A stretch of 64,000 bases of DNA from Pseudomonadota bacterium. Its GTDB lineage: Bacteria; Desulfobacterota; Binatia; UBA9968. Positions 10,917 through 20,447 of this stretch are shown here, piece after piece (positions within the stretch are counted from its first letter, which is position 1; the number at the start of each line of letters is the position of its first letter). Location: positions 1,166 to 65,165 of the forward strand of contig JAJPJQ010000014.1 of NCBI GenBank assembly GCA_021324155.1. Reading direction: 5' to 3'. The notes below the pieces were generated by a model. The model made no database searches. It saw only the letters and a list, made by a program, of their open reading frames with translations, and had not been told where the DNA came from. A program made the position numbers and the translations under genes.

Positions 10917-12707
10917 ATGCGTAAACTGAAAACCATCGGTATGTTTCTGTGTTTTTCAATGATGATGGCATGGCTGCCGGCGCGCTGGGCCGATGCGCAG
11001 GAAGCCGCCAAGCCCGAAGCGCCGGCGGCTGCTCCGACGCCGAAGCTGCCGTCCTATTTTACAACCACCAGTGATGATCCGAAAAAGCCGGCTTGGCCCG
11101 ATCCGACCGGCGCTGCCTCGGGCGTATGGGCTACACCGGCCGGCGACGCCAAGGGCGACATTCCTGAGAAACTGTCCGCACAGGATCTCTACGATCGGAT
11201 GGCGCACAATCTATTCTCGATCAATTATGTGTGGATGTTGATCTGCGGCTTCCTCGTCATGTTCATGCAAGCGGGTTTTATGCTGGTCGAGACGGCGCTA
11301 TGCCGTGCCAAGAACGCCGCGCACACCGCAGCGATGAATTTGATGATCTATCCTCTCGGATGCCTTGCCTTCTGGGTCTATGGCTTCGCCATCGGCTGGG
11401 GTAACTGGTGGAATGGTCCGGTAGCGCCGGGCTGGTATCCCGCGCTCGGGCCTGGCCTCTCGATCCTTAACGAAGGCATCGGCATCGGCGCCGCCGTCGA
11501 CGCGGCGGGGAAGGCGACCGGTGCGTTCACCTACGGCCTGCTTGGCACAAAAGGCTGGTTTCTTACCGGCGCGGTCGGCGATGTCGGTATAATGGCGCTT
11601 TTCTTCTTCATGATGGTCTTCATGGATACGACAGCGACGATTCCGACCGGCGCGATGGCGGAGCGCTGGTCATGGAAAAATTTCTGCCTCTTCGGACTCT
11701 GGGTCGCGCTGCCCTATTGTATCTATGCGAACTGGGTTTGGGGCGGCGGCTGGCTCGCGCAAGGCGGCGTCAACTGGGGCTTGGGCCACGGCGCGGTCGA
11801 CTTTGCCGGCTCCGGTGTGGTTCATGCTATGGGCGGTGCGATCGCGCTTGCCGGCGCGATCATCATTGGGCCTCGCATCGGCAAGTTCGATGCACATGGT
11901 AAACCGCAGGCGATGCCCGGTCACGACGTGCCGCTCGTTTGTCTCGGCACTTTCATCCTTGCCTTCGGGTGGTTCGGTTTTAATCCGGGATCGACCCTCG
12001 CGGGCACCGACCTCCGCATCAGCTTCGTGGTCGTGAATACGATGCTCGCCGGAGTCGTCGCCGCGCTCGCCGCGATGGTAACGCTCATGCTGAAAGGCCT
12101 CAAGCCCGATCCGACGATGTGCTGCAACGGCATGCTCGCGGGCCTCGTTGCGATCACCGCGCCGTGCGCTTTTGTCAACCCGATCGGTGCGTCGATTATC
12201 GGTCTCGTCGCCGGCTGGCTGGTTGTCGAAGCGGTTTTCTTCTGGGAGCGCCGCGGCATCGACGATCCCGTCGGCGCAATCTCCGTCCACGGCATCAACG
12301 GTCTCTGGGGTGTGATCTCCGTCGGATTGTTCGCGACGGGGGAATACGGCGCTGGTTGGAACGGCGTCGTACGCGAGGAGTTTGTCAAGCTGTATGGTTC
12401 CGACGGGGTGCGTGGCCTCTTCTATGGCGACGCATCGCAATTGTACATGCAGTTGGTCAACGCCGCTGTGGTAGCGGCGTTCGGTTTCGCTATGGCCTAC
12501 GCGTGGTTCAAGGTCAGCGACCTCATCACGCCGATCCGGGTCAGCAAAGAGGTCGAACTGGAAGGGCTCGATGGCCCCGAGATGGGCGTTCTAGGTTATC
12601 CGGACTTCCAACTGCACCCGTCGACGACGCCCGGCTACGCGGCGGTGAGCCCAACTGCGGCCTCGGCGATGGCAATGGCGGCGGTGAAGAAGCCTGTCTT
12701 GGACTAG
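10917..12707 (+). CDS. amtB: Ammonium transporter with signal peptide and long N-terminal extension
   Basis: FMQAGF, GAMAER, DFAGSGVVH, FGWFGFN and DDPVGAISVHG; both pore His residues are present. Confidence 0.95.
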   Translation: MRKLKTIGMFLCFSMMMAWLPARWADAQEAAKPEAPAAAPTPKLPSYFTTTSDDPKKPAWPDPTGAASGVWATPAGDAKGDIPEKLSAQDLYDRMAHNLFSINYVWMLICGFLVMFMQAGFMLVETALCRAKNAAHTAAMNLMIYPLGCLAFWVYGFAIGWGNWWNGPVAPGWYPALGPGLSILNEGIGIGAAVDAAGKATGAFTYGLLGTKGWFLTGAVGDVGIMALFFFMMVFMDTTATIPTGAMAERWSWKNFCLFGLWVALPYCIYANWVWGGGWLAQGGVNWGLGHGAVDFAGSGVVHAMGGAIALAGAIIIGPRIGKFDAHGKPQAMPGHDVPLVCLGTFILAFGWFGFNPGSTLAGTDLRISFVVVNTMLAGVVAALAAMVTLMLKGLKPDPTMCCNGMLAGLVAITAPCAFVNPIGASIIGLVAGWLVVEAVFFWERRGIDDPVGAISVHGINGLWGVISVGLFATGEYGAGWNGVVREEFVKLYGSDGVRGLFYGDASQLYMQLVNAAVVAAFGFAMAYAWFKVSDLITPIRVSKEVELEGLDGPEMGVLGYPDFQLHPSTTPGYAAVSPTAASAMAMAAVKKPVLD

Positions 12708-12729
12708 TCCTCAAACCAATCTAACTTTT

Positions 12730-12774
12730 CGGGGTGCGGTGGCCCTTTAAACGGCTGCCGCACTCCGCTGCTTT
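12730..12774 (+). terminator. Stem-loop after amtB (probable terminator)
   Basis: CGGGGTGCGGTGGCC-loop-GGCTGCCGCACTCCG forms a 15-bp stem with G:U pairs and has a weak T tail. Confidence 0.55.
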
Positions 12775-12935
12775 GACGGATCGATAAGCGAGCGGCTCCA
12801 GCGCGGGTCCGCTGCAAAGCGTCAGATCGTATGAGTTCGCGCTCTATTTTGATATCTAGTTTGTCAACTTTAGTTATCAATCGCCGTCCCTCTCCGCTTC
12901 CGCGGGCAGGGACGGCCGTGCGTTCTCGTGCGGTT

Positions 12936-13712
12936 ATGCCGGAAATCGATTTTTTCCATCTCACCGACGCCGGCTGCGTGCGCGAAGGCAACGAGGATGC
13001 GATCGGTTGCTGGCCGTGCGAGGACGGGCTGGTTTTCGCCGTAGCCGACGGTCTCGGCGTCCACAACGCGGGCGAGGTCGCGAGCGCGCTGGCGCTCGAA
13101 GTGCTTGCCGATCAACTGCAAGACGAATCAGCCGGCACGCCCCTCGCGAAGCGACTCCGAAACGGCGTGCAGCAGGCGAACCTCCGTATCTACAACAAGA
13201 GTACGACGGTGCCCGAGCTGCGCCATATGGGCACGACGCTCACCGCGACGTCTGTCGTCGGCGATACACTGGTCACTGCGCATGTCGGCGATTGCCGTCT
13301 CTATCTTCTGCGCGACGGAAGTCTCGCGCAGCTTACCAAGGATCATACCTGGGTATGGGAGCAGGTGCAGTACGGCATCCTCTCCGTGGAAGAGGCGCGG
13401 AAGCATCCCAAGCGTCACATGCTGAGCCGCGCGTTGGGACAGGGTCTCATTGTCCCCATCGATACGCTCACGATGAAGGTCCGGCCGGGCGATGTTCTCA
13501 TTCAATGCAGCGACGGCATTCACGGTTTACTGCCCGATAATGAAATAATGGAGGTCATGTCTTCCTCACCTCAGGCGGACGCCGCCTGCCGCGCATTCGT
13601 CCACCGTGCGCGCGATCGTGGCGGCGACGACAACTTGAGCGTGCAGATCGCCTGCGTAACCTCCTGCTCGCCATCGCCGCCAAAGTCGTCCTGGTGGCGC
13701 TTCGGCCGCTGA
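12936..13712 (+). CDS. PP2C-family Ser/Thr protein phosphatase
   Basis: NEDA, VADGLG, MGTT, HVGDCR, CSDG and GGDDN motifs. Confidence 0.92.
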   Translation: MPEIDFFHLTDAGCVREGNEDAIGCWPCEDGLVFAVADGLGVHNAGEVASALALEVLADQLQDESAGTPLAKRLRNGVQQANLRIYNKSTTVPELRHMGTTLTATSVVGDTLVTAHVGDCRLYLLRDGSLAQLTKDHTWVWEQVQYGILSVEEARKHPKRHMLSRALGQGLIVPIDTLTMKVRPGDVLIQCSDGIHGLLPDNEIMEVMSSSPQADAACRAFVHRARDRGGDDNLSVQIACVTSCSPSPPKSSWWRFGR

Positions 13713-13768
13713 GCGAAAAACCACCGCCGCCTTGACCGCTTCTCGGCGCCGCCCTAGGATCAACACCC

Positions 13769-14752
13769 ATGGCCGAGCTTTCCCCGGGACAAACTCTCGA
13801 TCAATACGAGCTCATCGACGTCATCGCGCGCAGCGGCATGGCGACGGTATTTCGCGCGCGCGACCGCGACAGCGGCCGCGTCGTCGTAGTCAAAGTGCCC
13901 CATCTCGAATACGAGGCGGACCTTGTTTTTCACGAGCGCTTCCTGCGCGAGGAGCAGATCGGCCAGCGCCTCGACCATCCGGCGGTCATCAAGGTTTTGC
14001 GGCCGCGCGAGAAAAGCCGCGTCTACCTAGCCATGGAATACGTCGAAGGCGAGCTTTTGAGCGATCGCCTCAAGCGCGAATCGCGCCTGCCCATCGACAA
14101 CGCGGTCGAGATCGCGAAACAGATCGCCGACGCACTCACGTATCTCCATGAGCAGAACGTCGTCCACCGCGACTTGAAGCCGGCGAACATCATGATTCAG
14201 GCCGGCGGCCGTCTGAAGCTGATCGATTTCGGCATTGCGCTCGATACGACTCTGAGAAAAATGACTTGGGCGCGCATGTCACAGACGATGGGGACGCCCG
14301 ACTACATGGCGCCGGAGCAGATCAAGGGGCTGCGCGGCGACGCGCGCTCCGACATCTATGGGCTTGGCGCGCTGCTATATGAGATGCTAATCGGTAAGGT
14401 GCCGTTTGCGGCCGAGAACGTCTATGCCGCGATGCGCTCGAAGCTTCACGACGACCCGGTTCCGCCGCGCCGCCTGCGCAACGAGATTTCGCCGCAACTC
14501 GAGGAGGTCGTGCTGCACGCGCTGGAGCGCAACCCGCACGACCGCTTCGAGAGTGCCTACGAGATGAAAGAGGCGCTGGCGCATCCGGAAAGCGTCCGGC
14601 TCACCGGCCGGGCGAGCCGCCAGCGCCCGCGGTCGCGACTGCCGAAGTGGCTGCGCACAACGCTGATCGTTATCGGAGGAATCCTCCTGTATCTTTTGCT
14701 CCTCTGGTCGTTTTCGCATCTCCGCGCGTGGCTGCCCGCCCCGCATCCATAA
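13769..14752 (+). CDS. Hanks-type Ser/Thr protein kinase with C-terminal TM anchor
   Basis: HRDLKPANI, DFG and GTPDYMAPE motifs with a C-terminal hydrophobic helix. It is preceded by TTGACC-N17-TAGGAT (13732-13760). Confidence 0.95.
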   Translation: MAELSPGQTLDQYELIDVIARSGMATVFRARDRDSGRVVVVKVPHLEYEADLVFHERFLREEQIGQRLDHPAVIKVLRPREKSRVYLAMEYVEGELLSDRLKRESRLPIDNAVEIAKQIADALTYLHEQNVVHRDLKPANIMIQAGGRLKLIDFGIALDTTLRKMTWARMSQTMGTPDYMAPEQIKGLRGDARSDIYGLGALLYEMLIGKVPFAAENVYAAMRSKLHDDPVPPRRLRNEISPQLEEVVLHALERNPHDRFESAYEMKEALAHPESVRLTGRASRQRPRSRLPKWLRTTLIVIGGILLYLLLLWSFSHLRAWLPAPHP

Positions 14753-14772
14753 CATCGACTGCCCAAGCCTTG

Positions 14773-14865
14773 TGCTCAAAGTTTAAGCATGAGCCCTTTC
14801 CTTACGAAAAACAGCGCAAAATACCCCCTATTTTCAGACGCCGGCATGCTGGCACGTGCCTTGCT
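14773..14865 (+). promoter_or_regulatory. NtrC-like site plus sigma54 promoter of the ANTAR gene
   Basis: TGCTCAAAGTTTAAGCA (14773-14789) and consensus TGGCACG-TGCC-TTGCT (14850-14865). Confidence 0.75.
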
Positions 14866-14879
14866 CGAATGCATTGACG

Positions 14880-15452
14880 ATGAAGAAGGTCTTGATTCTC
14901 GACGACCGTCTTCTCGCCAGCGGTGACTTGTCGAAGTGTCTCACCGAGCTGGGCTTCGCCGTAGTGCGCGACGGTGCTTCCGGCGATGATGTGGCGGAGC
15001 GCGTCGATCGCGCGTCAGCGGATATCGTGCTCATGGGCGGAAGCGTCTTCACCGGCGGCGCTACTGCGGAAGACATTTTCTCCGTCGCGCCCAAACCGAT
15101 TGTCCTATTCCAGGAGGCTAACGGTCGCAATCAAGAAGAGACCGGCAGTGGCGGCGGTTACGTTCTCATCCCTTTCGCCGCGCCCGAAGTTGCGGCGGCG
15201 CTTGAGCTGGCGGCAGCCGGCCTGGCCGATTTGAGCTCGCTTAAAAAAGAAAACGACGAGCTCAAAAAAACGCTCGAGGCGCGCAAGATGATCGAGCGCG
15301 CGAAAGGCGTGCTGATGAAGAACCGCGGCATCTCGGAGGCCGAGGCTTTTTCGCTCATCCAGAAAAAAAGCATGGACTTGCGCAAGCCGATGATCGACAT
15401 CGCACAGGCGATCGTTCTCAGCGAAGAAGTAACCAAGCAAAAAGTTGAATAG
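14880..15452 (+). CDS. nasT: ANTAR-domain antiterminator with degenerate receiver domain (NasT-like)
   Basis: C-terminal RKMIERAKGVLM...EAEAFSLIQKKSMDLRKPM ANTAR motif. The receiver-like N-terminus lacks the phospho-Asp (DIVLMGG). Confidence 0.85.
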   Translation: MKKVLILDDRLLASGDLSKCLTELGFAVVRDGASGDDVAERVDRASADIVLMGGSVFTGGATAEDIFSVAPKPIVLFQEANGRNQEETGSGGGYVLIPFAAPEVAAALELAAAGLADLSSLKKENDELKKTLEARKMIERAKGVLMKNRGISEAEAFSLIQKKSMDLRKPMIDIAQAIVLSEEVTKQKVE

Positions 15453-15562
15453 CAAGGCGTGTCCCGGCATCAGGTGCCCGATTTCTAGGCGGGTGCCGAA
15501 CGATTGGTCAGGAATCGAAGACGGCGGCACGAAAGATTTCAATGATTTCAACGAAGCCATGC

Positions 15563-15577
15563 TGGCCCGACATTTGC
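15563..15577 (+). promoter_or_regulatory. sigma54 promoter of the decayed nitrite/nitrate operon
   Basis: TGGCCCG-ACAT-TTGC, with imperfect TGC-N11-GCA-like sites at 15475 and 15494. Confidence 0.6.
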
Positions 15578-15632
15578 CTTATGCACAAGGGAGGAGCGTA
15601 ACGAACTTTTAGTCCGCAAACATAATCTCGAT

Positions 15633-15703
15633 CCGCCCATTCAAGGTAGTAAGGCGGGCCCTGGCAAAGGCGCCAAACGGAAGAAAAGTTTCGCGCCTTT
15701 TTT
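15633..15703 (+). ncRNA. ANTAR-type dual-hairpin leader overlapping an intrinsic terminator
   Basis: P1 is CCGCC..C-AAGGTA-G..GGCGG and P2 is GGC-AAAGGC-GCC; both hexaloops have A1/G4. AAAGGCGC can alternatively pair with GCGCCTTT, which is followed by a T-tract. Confidence 0.7.
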
Positions 15704-15719
15704 ATTTGGCGGAGGTGAA

Positions 15720-16001
15720 ATGGCTAAAAGGCATTTGATCGATACGACAGCTGCGAAAGTGTTCGACAATCTTATTTTCATCGCCGAAGTATTCGCGGAC
15801 CGGGAAGAGGAAGAAATCCCCGATGTCCCGCTGCTCGAACTGGCGCGCTCGTTCGAGCTCAGGCATATCGGCGTAGCGTCGAAGACAACAGTGGATCGCA
15901 AATGCGTTATCGAATTACAGAAACAGGCCGGTTGGGTAATTGTGGGAGTTCCCGGCAAAGTGGACAGTATGCACCTCGATATTGCATCGACGGGTCCTTA
16001 A
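15720..16001 (+). CDS. Hypothetical 93-aa ORF behind the ANTAR leader (possibly a remnant)
   Basis: Strong GGAGGTG RBS and ATG directly after the attenuator. No recognisable domain. Confidence 0.35.
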   Translation: MAKRHLIDTTAAKVFDNLIFIAEVFADREEEEIPDVPLLELARSFELRHIGVASKTTVDRKCVIELQKQAGWVIVGVPGKVDSMHLDIASTGP

Positions 16002-16089
16002 TCGACATTGCCCTTCCTCGCCTCGTTTGAAGGGCGGAGCGGGGCCGGCTGCGGAAATTGCCGTGGCCGGCTCCGCGTAATAGCACATC

Positions 16090-16154
16090 ATCGCAACGTC
16101 GCGATTGAAGCGAAAGGCGAAGACGCCGGAGGCATCGGGCGGCTTTTGTATTTT
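16090..16154 (+). ncRNA. Second ANTAR-type dual-hairpin leader/terminator before nirA
   Basis: P1 is ATCGC-AACGTC-GCGAT and P2 is GGC-GAAGAC-GCC. P2 overlaps the AAGACGCC/GGCGGCTT stem, followed by TTTTGTATTTT. Confidence 0.65.
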
Positions 16155-16166
16155 CGCGGCGGCGCG

Positions 16167-16679
16167 ATGAACAAGATCGAAGAATATAAGAGCGAGAAGG
16201 ACGGTCTCGACATCCTGACCGATGTCCCGCGCTATGCCGCGGAAGGCTGGGAGGCGATCACCGACGGCGACCGCGAGCGACTCAAATGGGCCGGTGTTTT
16301 CTTTCGCAAGCAGACGCCCGGCCGTTTCATGATGCGCGTGCGCATCCCGAACGGCATCACGAAGTCCGCGCAGATCAGGGCGATTGCGGAAATCGGCGAA
16401 GAGTTCGGCAAAGCCTTCATCGACATCACGACGCGCCAGCAGATCCAGCTCCGCTGGTTCGGCATCGAGGACGTGCCCGAAATTGGCGACGGCTAGAGCG
16501 GGTCGGCCTCGTGTCCTTGCAGACCGGCATGGACAATATCCGCAACGTCATCGGCTGCCCGGCCGCCGGGCTCACGCCGAACGAGCTCTTCGACGCCTCG
16601 CCGGTTGCGCAGGAGTTCACCGAGATATTCTTGGGCAACAAGGCCTACACGAACCTGCCGCGGAAGTTCAACGTGACCG
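16167..16679 (+). pseudogene. nirA: Ferredoxin-nitrite reductase N-terminal fragment (frameshifted and truncated)
   Basis: MNKIEEYKSEKDGLD...RLKWAGVF...FMMRVRIPNG...DITTRQQIQL, then a frameshift near 16484, then TGMDNIRNVIGCPAAG...TNLPRKFNV, where it ends abruptly. Confidence 0.85.
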
Positions 16680-16925
16680 GGTTTCGAGCATTCGGTGGTC
16701 AATATGTTCGTGATTCCCGCGGGCATGATGTCGGGCGCGAAAGTCTCTCTCGCCGACTGGTGGCTGTGGAATCAGATCCCCGTGACTTTGGGCAACGTCG
16801 CCGGCGGATTGATCTTCACCGGCCTGGCTCTGTACGCGACGCATAAAAAAGCCCTCGCGGAACAGCCGAGCCCTCTGTTGATGATGTCGAAAAGCGTACA
16901 GCTGCCCGCGGGAAAAATCGAGTAG
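16680..16925 (+). pseudogene. C-terminal fragment of a formate/nitrite transporter (FNT/NirC family)
   Basis: GFEHSVVNMFVIP...NQIPVTLGNVAGG are FNT signatures. The N-terminal part and a start codon are missing. Confidence 0.85.
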
Positions 16926-16980
16926 AAGTTGGTTTCTCGGCAATTAATGGGTGTCGAGGGGAACGGCACCGCCCGTTTCC

Positions 16981-17116
16981 TGCTGTTTCGGTAGGCAGAC
17001 TGCCCAAAAGATGATCAAAGTGACCGGAAAAAGATATTTTAGCGAAAAAATTAGCGACGATATTCGTTGATTTTTACGAGGCTTTCAGTGTAATGCTGCG
17101 TGGCATATTCATTGCT
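16981..17116 (+). promoter_or_regulatory. Tandem NtrC-like sites and sigma54 promoter of the porin gene
   Basis: TGCTGTTTCGGTAGGCA (16981-16997), an imperfect site at 17001-17017, and TGGCATA-TTCA-TTGCT (17101-17116). Confidence 0.7.
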
Positions 17117-17221
17117 CACTCTCCCACGAGCAAAGACGAGGGTGTCTTTGCGCTTTTAGGCGGCGTTGCCGGGCATGCAGGGCTACATCGACGACTAACT
17201 AGATCAATGGGAGGATCTCTA

Positions 17222-18541
17222 ATGTTTACCGCAAAGATATTGCGGGCAGCCTTGTTTTCTACGCTGCTTGTCGCGCCGGCATATTCATATGCAGCCGACC
17301 AGCCTCCACCCCCTGCCGGTACTCCTGCGCCCGCCCCAGCCCCCGATGGGCCGAAGCCGCTGAGTCCCGGCGTTCTCGGCCTGGAGCCTTTGATCGGCCC
17401 GGTCGACGATGCGGTCGATAATGCAAAAGGCGCGGTCTCGAAAGCGACCGGCTTCGACTTCAGCGGGTTCCTGGACGCCAGCTACACTTACAGCTCGAAC
17501 CATCCAAGCAATGGCCATCCCAATAAGAGGCAGATCAGCGGCCGCTACTTCGACAAAGACCACAACAAAGTCGTTTTCAACGCCTTCAACATGACGATCG
17601 ACAAACCGGAAAAAGACTGGGGCGTCGGGTTTCATTTTTCCGCAGACATCGGCCGCTCGGGCGAGCTTTTGAGGGAGGCGACGCTCTGGGGACCGCGCAT
17701 CGTCGAGGAGCCCTCCGCGGAATTGCGCGAGGTTTATTTGACTTACACCATCCCCGTAGGCGAAGGGATCGCGATGAAAGCGGGTAAATTCGTCACCCCG
17801 CTCGGCACCGAGATTCTGCCCGCGCCCGGCAACTACAACAACAACATCTCGCGCTCATTCGCCTTCAACTTCGCCATTCCGATCACGCATCTCGGCACGC
17901 TGTTCACCTACCCGTTCTCGAAGACCTTCAGCGCGAGCGCCGGCCTCATCACGGGCTGGGACAATCCGGCGGACAACAGCAGCGGCCCGAGCTTTCTTGG
18001 CGGCATCAACTGGACGCTGAACGATAATTTCTCCTTCACTTCGAACGGCACGATCGGAAAAGAGTGGACGTCACCGGGCATCGGCATCAAGGCACACACC
18101 GGCGGCACCCGCGTTGTCTTGAGCAACGTCGGCACGATCAAGTTCGATCCGATTACGGTCTTTCTAGAATGGACGGTCGGTCAGGAAAATCATGCTCTTG
18201 TGCCGGCGGTCGGCGTTACGCGAACCAAGAGCGCGTGGTGGAATGCGTTGGCGGGCATCTTCTCTTATGACTGGACCGACCGCGTCAACACGTCACTCAG
18301 AGGCGAGTTCTTCTGGGATCCGCAGGCGGCGCGGACGTTCGGGTTGGGCGCGACCCACCCCGAGAAAAACGTGGCTCTCGGCGAGCTCACGCTCACCGGC
18401 GCTTATAAGTTCACCGCCAAGCTGCTCGGCCGGGCAGAAGTACGCCAGGATTTCGCCAATAAAGACGTGTATAAAAACGGCGCGGCCAGCGCCGACAAAT
18501 ACCAGACGACCTTCGCGCTCCAGGGGGTTTACACCTTCTAG
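17222..18541 (+). CDS. Outer-membrane beta-barrel porin (BBP2/OmpL-like), nitrogen-regulated
   Basis: Signal peptide, Pro-rich linker, amphipathic strands, AGKFVTPLG, C-terminal aromatic YTF and a GGAGGA RBS. Confidence 0.8.
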   Translation: MFTAKILRAALFSTLLVAPAYSYAADQPPPPAGTPAPAPAPDGPKPLSPGVLGLEPLIGPVDDAVDNAKGAVSKATGFDFSGFLDASYTYSSNHPSNGHPNKRQISGRYFDKDHNKVVFNAFNMTIDKPEKDWGVGFHFSADIGRSGELLREATLWGPRIVEEPSAELREVYLTYTIPVGEGIAMKAGKFVTPLGTEILPAPGNYNNNISRSFAFNFAIPITHLGTLFTYPFSKTFSASAGLITGWDNPADNSSGPSFLGGINWTLNDNFSFTSNGTIGKEWTSPGIGIKAHTGGTRVVLSNVGTIKFDPITVFLEWTVGQENHALVPAVGVTRTKSAWWNALAGIFSYDWTDRVNTSLRGEFFWDPQAARTFGLGATHPEKNVALGELTLTGAYKFTAKLLGRAEVRQDFANKDVYKNGAASADKYQTTFALQGVYTF

Positions 18542-18560
18542 CTCCTGGACCGGCTTCATC

Positions 18561-18612
18561 AATCGCCCGCCGGAGAATTGACTTTTGCTCTCCGGCGGGC
18601 GATTCTTTTTTT
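18561..18612 (+). terminator. Rho-independent terminator
   Basis: Perfect 16-bp stem AATCGCCCGCCGGAGA/TCTCCGGCGGGCGATT followed by T7. Confidence 0.9.
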
Positions 18613-18627
18613 ACGTCATCGCTGCGA

Positions 18628-19272
18628 ATGGTCGAAGGTCACACCATTATTTCTTTTCGTTTTCGCCTTATCCTCTGGATCCTCGTTCTAGCCTCGCTGC
18701 TGCTGGTCTATTACATTCACCCGCGTTTTCGGCCACCCGTGCCGACGACAGGCGGCTCCCATCGCTCTGGGGACCTCGAGCTCGTGAAGCCGAAGAACGA
18801 CATCGCCGCGCCCGACTTCACACTCGCCGATCCCGGCGGGAGGCGCGTCAGCTTGAAGGATTTCCACGGCAAGGTGGTTTTTCTCAATTTCTGGGCGACC
18901 TGGTGCGGCCCTTGCCGCGACGAGATGCCCATGATGGAAGCGCTGCATCGCGAATTCAAAGACCGGGGGCTCGCCGTGATCGCGGTCAATTTCAAAGAAG
19001 ACAGACAATCCGTCCGCAGCTTCTTCGACGAGCTCGGGCTCACTTTTCAGGCGCTGCTCGATCCCGACGGAGACGTCAGCGCGCACTACGATGCCATCAG
19101 CCTGCCGCTCACGTATATCATCGATCGCGATGGCATGTTCGTCGGCAAGGCGATCGGCATCCGTCCATGGGACGGCGCGGAAGCCAAAGCGCTCATACGC
19201 GATCTGCTCGAGAAAAAGCCCGCGCCGCAAAAGGAAACCGCGGCGGTTGATCTTGCCCACCCTCGTGGGTAA
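18628..19272 (+). CDS. TlpA/ResA-family thiol-disulfide oxidoreductase
   Basis: N-terminal TM helix, [15 protein letters not shown] and cis-Pro motif [11 protein letters not shown]. Confidence 0.92.
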   Translation: MVEGHTIISFRFRLILWILVLASLLLVYYIHPRFRPPVPTTGGSHRSGDLELVKPKNDIAAPDFTLADPGGRRVSLKDFHGKVVFLNFWATWCGPCRDEMPMMEALHREFKDRGLAVIAVNFKEDRQSVRSFFDELGLTFQALLDPDGDVSAHYDAISLPLTYIIDRDGMFVGKAIGIRPWDGAEAKALIRDLLEKKPAPQKETAAVDLAHPRG

Positions 19273-19284
19273 AGTAGGCTTCTA

Positions 19285-20445
19285 ATGGCGATCGCCACCA
19301 TCGAAGAAGCGATAGACGAAGTTCGCCGCGGCCGCATGGTCATCCTCATGGATGACAAAAACCGCGAGAACGAAGGCGACCTCTGCATGGCAGCGGAGAA
19401 GGCGACGCCCGAGGCGATCAATTTCATGGCGCGCTACGGGCGCGGCCTCGTCTGCCTTACCCTCACCGAGGAGCGCGTTCGCCACCTCGGCCTGCATATG
19501 ATGGTGTCGGAGAACACGTCGCCTTTCGGCACCGCTTTTACGGTTTCGATCGACGGCGTGAAGAACGTCACGACGGGCATCTCCGCGTCCGACCGTGCGA
19601 ATACGATTCTCGCCGCGGTCGCTGACAATGCCGTGCCGGAAGATCTCGTCACGCCGGGCCACATCTTTCCGCTGCGCGCGCGCAACGGCGGCGTTCTGGT
19701 GCGCGCGGGGCAGACCGAAGGCTCCGTCGATCTCGCGCGCCTCGCGGGGCTCAGGGCGGCCGGCGTCATTTGCGAGGTCATGAACGACGACGGCACCATG
19801 GCGCGTCTCCCGGATTTGGAAAAATTCGCCGCCGAGCACGGGCTTCTGGTCGTGACGATCGCCGATTTGATTCAATACCGGCTCCAGAACGACAGCCTCG
19901 TCTACCGTGTCGCGTCGGCGCGCCTGCCGACGAAGTACGGCGACTTCCAGGCGGTCGTCTACAACACGCACGTCGACCCGAGCGAGCATCTCGCACTCAT
20001 CAAAGGCGAGATCAAGCCGCAGCAGGAGACGCTCGTGCGCGTTCATTCGAAATACATCCCCGGCGACGTATTCGGCTTCGAGCTTTTGAACACCGGCGCG
20101 GTCATCGAGCGCTCGATGGAGATCATCGCCGAGGCCGGCAGCGGCGTCATTCTTTATTTGCAGACGGACGGGAAGGAGTTGCGGCCCGCGCGCCTCAAAT
20201 ATCCGATGCGCGGCGGCAAGAGCCAGACCGACATCAACCCGTCTTTCATTTACCAGGCGGATTTCCGCGAGTACGGTATCGGAGCGCAGATTCTGCGCGA
20301 CCTAGGCGTGCGCAAGATGCGTTTGTTGACGAATAACAAAAAAAATCTCGTCGGCCTGTCCGGCTACGGTCTGGAGGTGACGAGCCTGATACCGATCTCC
20401 TCCGAGGCTCCGCCCGAAGAGTCGAACGAAACTGTGCGAGGCTAA
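19285..20445 (+). CDS. ribB: DHBP synthase fused to a degenerate GTP cyclohydrolase II domain (RibBX type)
   Basis: RENEGD, PGHIFPL and GQTEGS are present. The GCH-II part reads [18 protein letters not shown] and lacks the Zn-binding cysteines. Confidence 0.9.
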   Translation: MAIATIEEAIDEVRRGRMVILMDDKNRENEGDLCMAAEKATPEAINFMARYGRGLVCLTLTEERVRHLGLHMMVSENTSPFGTAFTVSIDGVKNVTTGISASDRANTILAAVADNAVPEDLVTPGHIFPLRARNGGVLVRAGQTEGSVDLARLAGLRAAGVICEVMNDDGTMARLPDLEKFAAEHGLLVVTIADLIQYRLQNDSLVYRVASARLPTKYGDFQAVVYNTHVDPSEHLALIKGEIKPQQETLVRVHSKYIPGDVFGFELLNTGAVIERSMEIIAEAGSGVILYLQTDGKELRPARLKYPMRGGKSQTDINPSFIYQADFREYGIGAQILRDLGVRKMRLLTNNKKNLVGLSGYGLEVTSLIPISSEAPPEESNETVRG

Positions 20446-20447
20446 CG

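Noticed and set aside
16033-16076. GC-rich inverted repeat, considered as a possible sigma54 promoter before nirA
   Set aside because: The GG-to-GC spacing is one base too long for sigma54, and the hairpin's function is unsupported.
17130-17157. Hairpin GCAAAGAC-GAGGGT-GTCTTTGC in the porin leader as a third ANTAR element
   Set aside because: There is only one clear hairpin, no convincing tandem hexaloop and a weak T-tract.
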